The notes under the pieces are model-generated. The model was not told the DNA's origin and ran no database searches. It saw nothing but the letters and a program-made list of their open reading frames with translations. Both the position numbers and the translations under genes were made by a program. From contig OZ038378.1 of assembly GCA_964036045.1 (NCBI GenBank), positions 81,406,001 through 81,470,000 on the forward strand: a stretch of DNA of 64,000 bases. The letters are read 5' to 3'. The stretch's first letter is position 1. Each line of letters opens with the position of its first letter. Below, piece by piece: positions 49,901-64,000 of this stretch. The DNA is from Eutreptiella sp. 'Long Island Sound 2002' (taxonomy: Eukaryota > Protista > Euglenida).

Positions 49901-52200
49901 CCGTGTACTGGACCCGCCTGGTTCCCATTCGGTCTGTGGTTCCCGTTTTTTGGTGCACCACATCCGGTATTGCATCACACCGATGGTATTGCCACTCCGA
50001 TCCAATTGCTGCTGCCATGCCTTCTTCTATGGTCTGTCTCTCTGTCTTCTGTACCAATTGTAGTTCTGGTAGGTGGTCCTTTGTTGGTCCATGTGCTCTT
50101 TTCGGTCCTTTGGCTTTGCGGTACTGTTTGGTGAATTGGAGTTCTCTCTGAAATTTGACTGATGCCTCTATTCCTTGCACTCCACACTGTACTCCCTGGT
50201 ATTCCGTTCCTGTCAACTTGCGTCGCTTGGATGTGTTGTAGTGTGTGGTCCCTGCAGCTACCCACATGCCTCTGGCATTTCCCAAGTCCCGGCGCCAGGC
50301 ACTTGCTGCCTGCGCTTTCTCAGGAGTCATGGGTTTCGTGTACACCGCTTTGGCCCCAGGCCCTTCTTGGGTGTGGGCTGATCCCCAGATGGATATGTGC
50401 GGTGTGTGAGGGCTATGTGGGTACACAGGGGAGTAACACAGAGTCATGGGTATACCTGTCGCACTGGAGCCTCCAACATCCACTTGTCGACCCTCTCCTT
50501 GCGGCCTGCCACTCGGTGGTCCCGGTCGTGCTTGAGATAGCCGTAGGATGACCTTGAGTTCGTGGCGCTGTGAGATGGTCACTGTCTTGCCAGACGACGC
50601 CAGAATCATGCGCTGGTACTGGCTGCCTCGCAGATGCTTCTCCAGCGACGACTCGTCCACTACCAGCAGCATTTCGTGATGTTTGTCACGCCTGTTAGTG
50701 CTGCACGCTTCCTTCAAAAGTTCCCATGCATCATCTCCATTGTGAGCCTTGAACAGCCTGTTGTAGTCGACCATGACTTTCGAGGGTTCTGCTCCTTCCA
50801 GCCCGCTGATGCTTGCCACTGCGAGTCTTCGCGTTTTTCCTCCTACCAGCGTGTATGGTGCTGCCTCCAAGTCTTCATCATCGGGTTTGGGGTCTACCTG
50901 GGCAGCTTTCTGGAGGGCCGCCACCAGACTCTTGACAGATGACTCCGTTGTGCCTCCTGTCTCCTTTGCTCCTTCTTCTTCGTCTTCTTTCTCGACGTCC
51001 ATCTTCGCCTTTTGATTGCCTTCTTTGGCCTTTTTTGCTGGTTTGTTCTCCTTGTCATCTCCATTGTCTCGTTTCTTCGGGCGTCCCTCTCCTGATTGCT
51101 TTGCTGGACTTGTCGCTTGAATTCTATTGTCCTGCACCTCCTTGGACATTTGGCACTGTACTATCGCCTTCATGATGGCATCTTGTACATTGGCCCTCTT
51201 CTTGCCTGCACAGCTCTCCATCAGTTTCTGCAGAGCATCTACTTTGTCTGCCATGCTGTACAGTGGCCAGCACTCTGACGTCATTCCTGCCGTGATCAGC
51301 TGTTTGGCTACAGCTTTAGAGATGTTTCTGACGTCCGCGTGTTCCATACAGTCCGCTTGCCAGAGCATCTCCTCTACTTTGGCTTCTGCTGGGCGCTCCT
51401 GAGGTCTGTCACGGGGACAGTCATCAGTGCGACTGGGGGACTCCGCTTCCTCAAAGATGATACCCGCCAATCTTTTGATGTGGTATGCCCAGCCAGCGCC
51501 ACATCTGAGGGATGCCACCGTGCTGGGCTGCATGGGGCTGACCAGGTGAACATTTTCTCTGCACGCCTGCTTTGCAACCGCCACCGCAAGAGACATCTGT
51601 TCCCACGCCGAGAGATCAGCACCTGAAGTGAGCGACTGGACTTCTGGGATGTTGAGGGCACTCGCAATTGTGGCTCGCTGTACGTCATTCAGTTCACGCA
51701 GCAGTGTCGGATAGTCAGCAACTTGCAGGCTGCCATCAACTCCTGCCAGGACAGCTCTGTCCTCATTGGATATACCATATGGTGCCAGTAGCGTCAGCGT
51801 CAGCAGCTTGGCTCCAATTGAGTCTTGCTCCAATACCATCGCCATTGGACTCTCATGCTTTCCTCCTTGATGGTCTATCCACTCCACCGTCCCGCTCGTG
51901 ATCAACTGTATCATGGCGCAGTCCTGAAGCATGATGTTCCGACTCTTGGTCTGCCTAGCCGGCGACCGTCGCTGTTGCGTGGTATCTGACATGATGTGAC
52001 GTCAGATCTGTGGGGCATACAGACACAGGTGTTGGTTGGTGCGCCTAGGGTTCGCGCATATTGCAGCGGACTTCCCTTTTTTGGCAGCAATTTTTGTGGC
52101 TTGACTTCGCGCTGGGAGCTGCGTTGCTCTCTTGTTTGCTGCTTGTGCTTGATGTTTCTCGGGGTTCGCGCTGGCAGCTGTTGTTCTCCCTGACACCATC
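43933..52200 (-). mobile_element. LINE family 2, near full length, with a (TGACCTC)3 3' tail
   Basis: Contains the large ORF listed next. In element sense it ends GGTGTAGG...TGACCTCTGACCTCTGACCTCT followed by (AGT)n. Confidence 0.9.
44745..51992 (-). pseudogene. Single ~2,400-codon LINE polyprotein: ORF1-like region, APE, RT, RNase H, CCHC, RG/KG-rich tail
   Basis: The intact 1208-aa part has VANVQGL, LLQEVG, AGDFN, DWILV and ADHP. The same frame continues through TAG 48366 and TAG 48057 to RT (TRPI, GDQSNAY, IQGGEMDP, TVDD). Frameshifts at ~47350 and ~46450 precede RNase H (MET, WCDN, WMPAEHD, IADE) and CQLC...CHEYREC. TAG 45162 and a TAA at ~45117 precede the final TAA at 44745. Confidence 0.9.
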
Positions 52201-52354
52201 TGTGCTGTTTTTTGTGCTCACATTCTCAGACAATTTCTTGTGTGGCCAGACCTCGCGCTTACAGCTGCGTCAGTCACCTGATGTTGGTGCGCGCCCTTGG
52301 CTGTTGCACTGATGTGACTTTTCTTCGTGGCCATGTTGGCATCTTGGGTACCTT

Positions 52355-52990
52355 ACCTTACCTTGCCTCCTGTCGCCCGGAGGCTTCAGTTCTGGGTTCT
52401 AACACCCTCTCAGGCTGTGACTCTGTATGTGACTTTTGTGATACCATACCTCTTGTTACCATGCCTCCTGTCGCCCGGAGGCTGCAGTTCTGGGCCTTAA
52501 CACCCTCACTGACTGTGAATGTGACTTTTGTGATACCTTACCTCTTGTTACCATGCCTCCCGTCGCCCGGAGGCTGCAGTTCTGGGCTTTGACACCCTTT
52601 CTGGCAGTGACACTGAATGTGTGTTTGTGATACCTTACCTCTCATTACCGTGCCTCCTGTCGCCCGGAGGCTGCAGTTCTGGGCTTTGACACCCTCACTG
52701 GCAGTGACACTGTCTGTGACTTTAGTGATACCTTACCTCTGGTTACCATGCCTCCTGTCGCCCGGAGGCTGCAGTTCTGGGCTTTGACACCCTCACTGGC
52801 CGTGACACTGTCTGTGACTTTAGTGATACCTTACCTCTCGTTACCATGCCTCCTGTCGCCCGGAGGCTGCAGTTCTGGGCTTTGACACCCTCACTGACAG
52901 TGACACTGAATGTGACATTTGTGATACCTTACCTCATGTTACCATGCCTCCTATCGCCCGGAGGCTTCTGTTTTGGGCTCATTCTCCCTC
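52355..52990. repeat. ~98-bp tandem repeat, about 7 copies, upstream of the family 2 ORF
   Basis: TGCCTCC(T/C)GTCGCCCGGAGGC anchors at ~52363, 52461, 52553, 52650, 52748, 52846 and 52944. Confidence 0.95.
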
Positions 52991-53349
52991 ACTGGCAATG
53001 ACACGGGATTTCCCTGCACGCACAAGACATGATGTATTTGTTTTTCTCATTCTCTTTCATCTTCATCTCCTGATGTTCTATCCCGTCCTGCACGCACAAG
53101 AAAACTTTTCACTTCTCATTCTCATCCTCATTCGTCCCCCAATGTATGATCCACTCCTGCAAGCACCAGAAAGAAAGAAATGTGAGTGTGACTTGATGAC
53201 TGTCCTCATCATCTCTCTGGTGACTTGTTTATGCTTGCTTTGTGGACGATGCTTGTTTGTCTCGATGAACACTTCATATTCTCTTTCTTGCTTGATTCAA
53301 TTGTGGCTGTACCTTCACAAGCAAAGCGTAGTGGGGTATAGGGTGGGAA

Positions 53350-54958
<1,609 letters not shown>

Positions 54959-57829
54959 CCCCCCCCCCCCATGTGTCCAAGAACCAGCAATGTTTGACCG
55001 TGGAACCAGGGGTTGGTTCTTGCGCACACTTTTCCCCTTAAATTTGACCGCGGAACCAGGGGTTGGTTCTTGCGCACAGCCGTGGCAACCCCGTACCGCG
55101 AGAAGAAAAAATTTCCGGCGCATTGCGCCGGGACATGCCTGCCCTCTCCTTTCCCACACTTAACCACGTTGACAACTGAACACCAAAGGAGTGAATCGCA
55201 GCTGATTGGGCTGTAGTGTGCCTTCCAACGTGCATGGAATGATCTTCTGTTCAACTGGCTGAGACGTGAAACCCTTCTTCCTGTGATACACCATCCTGAA
55301 TTCCTGTCTGTGCTGCCCCTTGGGGCCAGGCTTCTGTGCTACACTCGCCTTTGGAGCTGGCTTCGGCTTAGGCTTGGGGACTGGGACGTTAAAATGCATG
55401 GGGACTGCATCATCATCCATGATGTCCCTTGTGAAAAACAGCTTGTTGTTGAACACATGTGCCAAGCCCCCGACACCCCTGGATGCCTTTGCCCAGATGA
55501 TATCCACACACTGGTCATTCGCAGAAGCACCATCACCTGCCCCGTCCGAGTCGGAATTGTCGTCAGAGTCAAAGACATCCCTAACGTCCGACCCCAAGTC
55601 CCTGGAAGAGTCTGCATCTGAGTCTGAATCTGAATTTGTGTCTGTTCCACTGTCCATGCACGAATCGGACTCACAGTCATTCTGGGCTGCGTGCCGAGAA
55701 AAATCGACATTTATTGGGTGTTGCTCTGCAAAAAACGCAACATCTTCGAGTTCCGATAGCTTCAGACTGCCTAGAAAAATAGCACGCACCATGGCCTTAC
55801 GCAGATCCTCATCACGGATATGCTCCCAGGCGTCTCGGACCCACTGTGCGAACACTGCCTCGGGTGGGGCACGACTGGTTTGCGGTCATTAGGATCGCGT
55901 TCCAGCTCCTCCCCGACCCAATTTGTGTACCGATGTTCCATGTCTTGGCCAAAAATTTTGTTTATTTCTGTCTTGTCACACGCCTGCGCCCATGGGGTCA
56001 CACCTGGCGGACTAAAATATTCCTGATACCTCTGCTTTTTCATCGCCAAAGGCACGGACGCATGCATGTGTGATGGAGCCCCATCCACTGGGTCCCTTGT
56101 CTTTGGCAGACAAATGTGGCAACGCATTTTTTACAATATATAGCATCGTTCTTTCGTCCGTTTTTGCATTGACCTGAACTGTTTGCGCAATGCGTGCAAC
56201 TCTGTTTTTCTGTACCTCTTGGTGCACGCGACCATTGCGTTTACCCTTGGACACAATGGTGGGTCTTCCACGCAAAATATCAGTGAGGGCCAGTGCGGGA
56301 TCACCGTCGGCATCGGTGGTGTGCTCCACACGGACCACGAAATGAAGATACACGGTGACATTGTCCTTGATGCGGCCCCGGATGCGCACCACCGACTTCC
56401 TCACCCCCTTCGGTTCAAGTGTGGTCTTTGCAATTGGCTCGAGAGACACGCTAGTCTCATCGCCGCTTCCGATCCACGGATATCGGCGATCTCTAAGGCT
56501 ACGGTGGATCTTGGCCCTGCAAAGTACACGCGCACACAGCGAAATTTGATGCGCGCACGACGAAAATGGCTGCACGCGGGACGAGAATGGACACATACGG
56601 ACCTGTAGTGCTTTGGTAAAGGTGCCAGCAATTCGTCATCCACGTGGCGATATGACAATACTTTCTTCATTGTCAGTCTCCTCCGGCGCCGAAATCCAGA
56701 CCACCAATTGGCCAACGGATCACCCTTGAGCTGTGCTATTTCTGTACTCATCTTGGACGTCTTTGCTAACACCATTCGTTTCGTCACGCAAATGCGTCGT
56801 GCACGTCGCTTGACAATCCACGCTCGGAGCTCCCCCTCCAGTTCATGAAACCGTGATTGCTTGCCGTGGTGAAGACTCTTTGTGTTGCCCTTTTTTTTCG
56901 CTAAATTTTTCCATAGCCTTGCGCTTGTCGTCCCACTTACACACCGAAACGTGGCTCCCAACTTTGTAGATGCGTGCTGCCTCGCGTGGCCCGTGCTTGT
57001 CAGTGTACGCCAAACAACGCAATTTGCGACGTACATCGTAATGCAGACGCTTTGGCGCCCTGTCGGTTTCAGCTCGTGACCGCCTGCGCTTGCGAACTGC
57101 CGGCTCCGCGCGGACAACGATTGTGGGTGCAATGTCCTGTGCAGAACTGCTACTGGTGGGGGGTGAAGCCTTGGGCCCAAAAAAGTTGGTGATCTCCGTT
57201 TGCTTCTGGGCGGGCGCCGTAGAAAAGAAATCGGTAATCTCTGGTTGAATCTGGACAGGTCGCACACTGGGGGGCGCAGAATGCCGTGGGCGCCGTTTGG
57301 CAGATCGTTCCGTTGGTCGTGTCCTTGGGGGTGGGGATGGGGACCGACTTGGTGCACTGTCCCATTCCGGAGAATCGGGGATCGTGGGAATGCGACGCGA
57401 GAGGTTGGCAATTAAAGCAGCTGGGTGCCTCACCACACGCTCATTGCGTTTGTACTCAATCTGCACTCTCTCAGACTGTGCACCAGGACCCAACACAGTG
57501 GCTGGAACAAGAGAGCCATCAGATCACCGATAGAAGACAGACTCACCGGCAGTGTACATGGGAACGTCTATGGTACAGAACAAGGAATGGAAGACATGGT
57601 ACAAAAGCAAACATGAGCCTGTGAGTGACTGATAGGGTCCCCCCCTGATGGGGGGACCCATAGTAACACACATGAAATGATGTCCTGCACACCCGAATAG
57701 CTGTCCTACATCCACCAGAAACATGAAAAACCCATTACCCTGGTAAAAAAAGTGATGCGTGAATTTGACCGCGGAACCAGGAGTTGGTTCTTGCGCATGG
57801 TGGTTCTTGGACACGGGGGGGGGGGGGGG
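54959..57829 (-). mobile_element. pogo-superfamily (Tc1/mariner-type) DNA transposon, defective
   Basis: TA|C12-AT-GTGTCCAAGAACCA ... TGGTTCTTGGACAC-G15|TA. The empty site CTACTA|CTAGCGTGAAG matches intact satellite units such as 54431. Confidence 0.92.
55160..57496 (-). pseudogene. pogo/Tigger-like transposase (two HTH domains and DDE_1, DD35D) split by about 4 frameshifts
   Basis: HTH1 KRLHYDVRRKLRCL...EAARIYKV...KW. CENP-B-like ELEGELRAWIV...WWSGFRRR. Catalytic region GDET...KG.K, then DGAPSH-(35 aa between the Asps)-QACD, then WVRDAWEHI. Confidence 0.9.
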
Positions 57830-57869
57830 TACTAGCGTGAAGAAGTGCAACCAGAAAGTGGCAAAACAT

Positions 57870-58261
<392 letters not shown>

Positions 58262-58529
58262 CCGTGATCGGGCTCACTTCATAGAAGGCTGACGGTCGAT
58301 AGTTTGGTACAGGGATGGGTACTACCCGTAGTCAATAGATTGTCCCTCATTGTAGGTATTTCCGCGAGGAATCAGTAGTTTGCGGACAACGTCAACCTCG
58401 ACGACTCTATGCGACGGGGACTATGAGGTCTATCAGGGGTGAAACAGGAGTTTGCGGACAAAGGGTATGGCTGCGGATGATGATGGAGGGCTGCGGGCAG
58501 CGAGACCGAGACCATCCAACATCTGCATC

Positions 58530-59830
58530 ACCACCAACGGGCGTCTTGGTCCCAGCCCTGTAGAGAGAGTGGACCGCGTCACCCGCCTCAACAACCACCA
58601 TCGGGCGTCTAGGTCCCAGCCCTGTAGAGAGAGTGGACCGCGTCATCCGCCTCAACAACCACCAACGGGCGCCTTGCACGGCGACTTCCACGCCATTGGC
58701 GCTTCCATGTGCACAGCCACCAGCACCCCCAGTGCCATGGTCAGGTCAACGACCCTACCCCAGATGCAAACGGTCAGTGGTAGTGCAATTTGGTTATGGG
58801 ATTACTAGTGTATGGATTTTAAGATGGAATTCTGCTTTTAGGCATCTGGTCAATGGCCGCTGGTCTGAGGTTTGAGCTATCTGGTTATGTGGCTACAGTT
58901 CTGGATTTTCTGGCACCTGGCAGCTGATTGGCTACTCGATTTCAGTTACTGGAAGGTATTGTTTGCTGCGGATGGGTTATTTGGACAGTGAATACTGGTT
59001 ACAGGTTACTGGCTATCAGGTGTGCTGCGTATTAGTGGTTACTGGTCATTGAATGTTGGCTGCCGATTTTCTGGTTTGGAGGCATGGACCTTGGAAGATG
59101 GATTCTGGTATATGACAAGTGTGACACGGTCGTTGTGTGGCAGCTCTCGGTCTGTGTGGTTGCGTGCCGCTGCTGTATGCAGTTGGTGTGACACAATGCT
59201 TAATGTTGACAGCTTGAGCTTGCAGTGAGTTCTGCCCCGTGTCTGTCACGTGCCACTGCTACTGGCAGCTGGTGTGGTGCTATACTCGTAGGTGGGGGTC
59301 ACATATTATTGGAGCTGTCCCGTGCCGCTGCTACATGTGGCTGGTGGCACGTATCATTGGAGCTGTCCCGTGCCGCTGCTGAGGGCAGATGGTGGGACGT
59401 GGCGTTTGTTGGGAGTGCTATTCGCCTTCGCGCTGTCGGATGCGGGTTTTCTGATTTGGAGGCATGGATCTTGGATGATGGATTCTGGTACATGACATGT
59501 GTGACCTGGTCTCTATGTGGCTGTTCTCAGTCTATGTGGTCGCGTGCCGCTGCTGTGTGCAGTTGGTGTGACACAGTGCATATGGTGGGCGGCCTGAGTT
59601 GGCACTGCTACTGGCTGCTAGTGTGGCGCTGTACTCGTGGCTGGGGATAACGTATTCGTGGAGCAGTCCCGTGCCGCTGCTGCATGTGGCTGGTGGGACG
59701 TATCAATGGAGCTGTCCCGTGCCGTTGCTGAGAGCAGCTGGTGGGACGTGGCGTTCGTTGGGATTGCTATCATTTCTGGAGTTCTATTCGCCTTCGCGCT
59801 GTCTCGTGCCGCTGCATCGTGCAGTTGGTG
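58530..59830. repeat. Repeats upstream of the family 3 ORF: 63-bp duplication (58530-58672) and ~350-380-bp degenerate duplication with ~48-bp subunits (59050-59830)
   Basis: GGTCCCAGCCCTGTAGAGAGAGTGGACCGCGTCA occurs twice. 59081-59198 is homologous to 59461-59578, and GGAGCTGTCCCGTGCCG is repeated. Confidence 0.8.
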
Positions 59831-59899
59831 AGACGTGGCGCATTCTGCAACAGATGATGACAACCATGTCGGCACAACGGTGCAATTTTATTGTCTTGG

Positions 59900-62800
59900 T
59901 TATGATGTCCTCATGACTCCTTGTTTGCTTGTACAACCGTCTTGGTATGTAGACCGTTTAGGGGTTTTACTTGCTGTTACTATCCTGTGCAGGTACATTT
60001 TTTGTTATCCAGCATGGCGTCATCAAGGCAGCTTCGGGAGATGTATCTGGGAAATTGGTGCAGTGGTGCCCAAATGATGGACCCACTGTTACGGAGGCTT
60101 TGGCTCTGTGGCTGCAGCCCGATAGTACCCGAGTTCATATTATGTCGCTGCTATTACTGGCTGGGTCAGTACCCAGGGCTATAATCGATGCCATCACCAA
60201 GCTCTGCCCAAGTGCTGAGCTTTGCAGCCTGCGGGATATCAAGTCGGACTTATCAACATCTCAGGAGCTAGAGCTGGTGGAATCCATACAGAAAGGCCCA
60301 AGGAAACATACGTGCCTCCTTAACCAGCTCAAGTCCAAGTGTATTACGGCTGACGCTATGTCAGCAGCCATTCGCCACTAGTCGGGCAAACTACCACTGG
60401 CTGAATGGAGCTCTGCACGAGTTGAAAAGAAAAAGGATGTTCGCACCATTTGGAACCTGTTCTTCAAGGACGTGCTGGGTGACACAAATGCCCAGTCTGA
60501 TGTTGAGAATGAGCAACGCGTTGAGCAGGCTTAAGATGAGGCTGGGGGGGGTGCAGATGTGCGGGACAAAGTCATCATGCATCTGGATGCTTTGCGCCCC
60601 ATTACCGCAATGGAGTCCGATTACCTGCACTCGATTCTGGCTGACCAGTACAACGAGGACATTGATATGGAGGTGCTGACCTATCCGATGATCAGTTTGT
60701 TGTTCCTGGTGCGCTCCAGAGTTGCGGTCGCAGACGAGCAGGAAGTGGTTTGGTGGAAACAGGTCTTTATCTCCTTCTCCAAGAATATTAGGGCGCAAAG
60801 GAGGGCGGAAGATGTCGAGTACCAAGAAAAAGAAGCCAAACGCCAACGTATCCACCAAGACTCCATGAAGGAGGTGCCCCACGCAGCTCCGGTCAATCAG
60901 GGGTTGGGGGATGCGGCAAAGCGGTCAGCCAAGGGATCCAACAGATCACCAGTAGTAGTAGATGACCTGGACAAGCAACCAGCGGATGCGGTTCCCGTGC
61001 ATGGTATCGAACAAGTCCAAGCAGAGCGAGCAGTTCCCAGTATGCCCCCACAGACCACGTGGGAATTCGGCACGGGTCAAGGAAAAGTAGTGATCGAGAA
61101 GTTGTCCCGCGACAAGGACAGGCTACGACCCATCTGGGTTACTGGTTTTGAGGTAGCTGATGCCATGGATGCCTATGGTACATTTCTGGCTGTCTTTGGC
61201 TCTATTTCGCTGGATTATCCCACCTTCAAGCAAATGCACAAACAATTCCATGAAATTACTACTTTCGTACCGGGTCCGGCATTAGACATCTTCATGCCCA
61301 CTGACCAGAGGTCTGAAAACATGCGCATCACTGCAGCCCGTGATCCCCCGGGCCGCTCTGATCATGTGACAGTGAAAGAGCTGCCCATCTTGGAGGCACT
61401 ACGCAAGATTGGCACAAGGATTCCGAGCACAACGACGACCAAGAATAGAGACCAGGCGGTACCCATATCAGGTGTGCTTGCACAGTGCCCCCCGACTCTT
61501 TCACTGTTGGTGGTGCCTCCATACTCAGTGGGGGAATGCTTCGTCTCTCTATGGGGTCCTAGGTATCAACGGGAGTTCCAAGGCAACATTCGGTTCTATC
61601 CAGATGACAAGGAAGTAGAGGAATCACTGATGCATGTGGTCGGACAGCATGCCATATGGAGGGTAATGCCGAGGAGCAATGAGGCTGCCAGCACCCGGTC
61701 ACAGTGGGCGAGAGGAGGATTGGAGTTTGGCTAGAGACGGGGTGGAAGTGGCCATTCACCATAAGCTTTATCAACGGAATGACCAACGCACCGTGCCGGA
61801 TATTGGGTGGATCAAAAGCAAAGCGTGGAAGCTCAAAAAGAAGAGGCAACAGCGTACAGAAATTGGAGGGTACGTTCAGGTGTCAGAGCTAATTTCAGTG
61901 CCACCGAGGGACTGGGGTTGTCTCAAGTCCATCGCAGAGGATGACCCTGTGTGGAGGGTTCCTTCTGGTAGCGAATTTCAGAAGGTCCTGTGGTGTGGAG
62001 GGGACCAAACTACCGTGGAATTGGTCCTCGGTCCGCGGTTTACTGGACTGGACTCTGGTTGCGAGCGCATTGGGCGACGAGTGGTACAACTATACACTGC
62101 AGGAGCTGCAGCAGTAACTCCTGACGGTTACTGGGTCAGGTCAGGTGTTATCCAGAGTGGCAACACCTTTTTCCGATTCCAATTCCACCCGGCGGTCCTG
62201 GCGGATGTGGGTATTGTTCGTTGGCCAGTGGACTCTGATACGCCCGTTGAGGAAGTGGTTGTTCCTTTGATTGCAGCCTTGCAAGTGGCGCTGTGGTTGG
62301 GACATAGCGGACAGTTGCTTTGTTTCAGCAGTGGTCTATCATATCGTCGTCGCAAAGTACCACATCCCAACTTCAGCGATTGGTGGAAGGGACTATGCAG
62401 GCTCCTTCAATTCGATTATCTCAGCAGACCTTACGAGGCTGAACTCGTAAAAGTACGGACTCAGGACGTCAAGGGGCATATTATCTTGTCGGTGCACCTG
62501 AATTGGCAGCCGGCACGTTGGGAGGTACAGTTTTATGAACACACAGCGTGCCAACATGTTCGCATCTCAGAGGTTGCGAGACTGGATCCGGTTGAAGTCA
62601 GTGTTCTGTGTGGGAATATCCAGGGCTTGCATCGTACGCGGGAAAGTCCGGTCACAAAGTGGGATGAACTCGTCGATGCAATGGCCATTGGAAACTTCAC
62701 AGTTCTGTTGGTGCAGGAGGCTTGGGCCTCAATGAAGAAGCCCAGCAAACGATCGCTAGAGGGTTTCTGGTCAAAGATCTCCCAGCATCAACATCGAGGA

Positions 62801-64000
62801 CAAGGCAATGAGATTTGGACGAGCTCTGGTTGGTGCAAGTTCCTCATGGTGACTATGGACGAACCGTTCGCTCTTCTTCTGCTGGTGACTAATGTGATGG
62901 GCACGGGGGTTCTGGGCTCGGTACATATGGCACAGCGCAAGGCACAATCCGAGTTCCAGCAACAGATGGTCCAGATCGTGTCAGCCCTGGAGAATATCCC
63001 CTTCATGTGGGCTCTGGTAGGAGGCGACTGGAACCGCAACATCAGGTCGGATAAGCACACCAGGTGATATTGTACAGGATGCAAATGGCTGTGGCTGCCA
63101 TGGGCAATGAGGTGGACCTTCCCAAAGATTTTATAGTGGTTTACGGGCTGGGGCCTCTAAGGTCATTCTGGCTCAAGAAAGTGGGGGATCACCCTCTGGT
63201 ATGGCTCCAAGGCTCTCACAGTCCTACTGGCTCGCACACAGGGGCGTTGACGAGACCGGTTACTCCGGTGCGGTGGCCCAGCACAGTGAAGACCACGTTC
63301 TCCGATGTCTTAGAAGCCCTCAGTCAGTGATGCTCCGATTCTGCTTTGTGGCTGCACCTGTACAGAGAATGCGTGTGTCTGGGGAATTTGTTAATGGAGG
63401 AAGTGGAGCGAGGCGATCAGCCGGTCATGGGGCAACAGAATTTCCGCGACATTCTCAAGGACATGCAGATCGTGGTGACGGGACAAGGCTGGGCTCATGC
63501 GGATAAGCGGGAACAGCGTCAATCGGAAGCTTACTGGCAGCTCATGATACGCAACTGGAAGTCGGTCTCTGGGACGGGGCTTCAGGGCAACACGCTGCGA
63601 CTCCTCAAACTCAAGAAGTCCAGCCCTTGCAAGGTCGTGCACACAGTGCTGGACACCTCCTCGGGTCAACTGGCCACTGGACTGGAGGTGCTGAGGGTGG
63701 CACCTCAGGAATGTGGGAACAAATATCGTCCACGAGCCACGGATATGCCGGACGAGTGGCTGGCCTCTTTGGGACTGTGGGCTGAGGAATGGCAACCGCA
63801 ATATGGTATGGGCTTGCAATACTACTCAGCATGGCTTTCTCGCAGGGGGTTATACCGAATCTGGATCAGATCTTGCAGGACTGGAGCAAGCTCAACAACA
63901 AGACACCCAGTGTGGACGGAATGGTGGTTTCGTTGATCAAACACTTTGGACTACACGCTATGCAGCAATTGCTTCGCCTGCTTAGGACCCCACTTCGGGA
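59900..64000 (+). mobile_element. LINE family 3 (relative of family 1): ORF1-like region, APE and start of the RT linker; runs off the window; 5' UTR may begin at 58262
   Basis: SLLLLAGSV...CSLRD...LVESI...LKSK aligns with family 1 SLALLAGKV...CSLKE...IVGSI...LESK. APE motifs GNIQGL, LVQEAW, GNEIW and GGDWN in ORF 61679-63067. Confidence 0.88.

Noticed and set aside
44745-51992. UAG/UAA reassignment or read-through
   Set aside because: The 1208-codon Gln-rich ORF contains no internal TAG or TAA, frameshifts are also present, and one paralogue shows CAG-to-TAG decay.
52461-52500. HDV-like ribozyme in the 98-bp repeat (GCCTCCTGTCGC...)
   Set aside because: The P3/L3 geometry and P1/P2 pseudoknot cannot be built, and it is antisense to the LINE.
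52355-52990. CRISPR array (also considered for 23345-24030 and 54127-54958)
   Set aside because: The units have no unique spacers, there are no cas genes, and the context is eukaryotic TE sequence.

Overview
Repeat-saturated eukaryotic DNA; I found no host gene, RNA gene or CRISPR array. Most of the window is nested, decayed APE-RT-RNaseH non-LTR retrotransposons (LINEs) from several families, here called A, 1, 2 and 3 plus older fragments, separated by CTA-type microsatellite blocks that nearly all face the same strand. The best-preserved LINE (43933-~52200, minus) reconstructs as one ~2,400-codon ORF. There are three DNA transposons: a pogo-like DD35D element (54959-57829) and two CCC-terminal elements that look CMC/EnSpm-like (1-1149 and 8873-12676). 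Two observations stand out. First, three LINE families end in different short tandem tails (CCGAT, CAAAT, GACCTCT), and each 3' UTR holds an antisense copy of about 2 units of its own tail. Second, the 3.8-kb element has in-frame GT-AG introns built from the same GTTCATAA/TTATGAAC inverted arrays as its subterminal regions. All family assignments come from motifs recognised by eye; no database search was run, and boundaries of old fragments are approximate.
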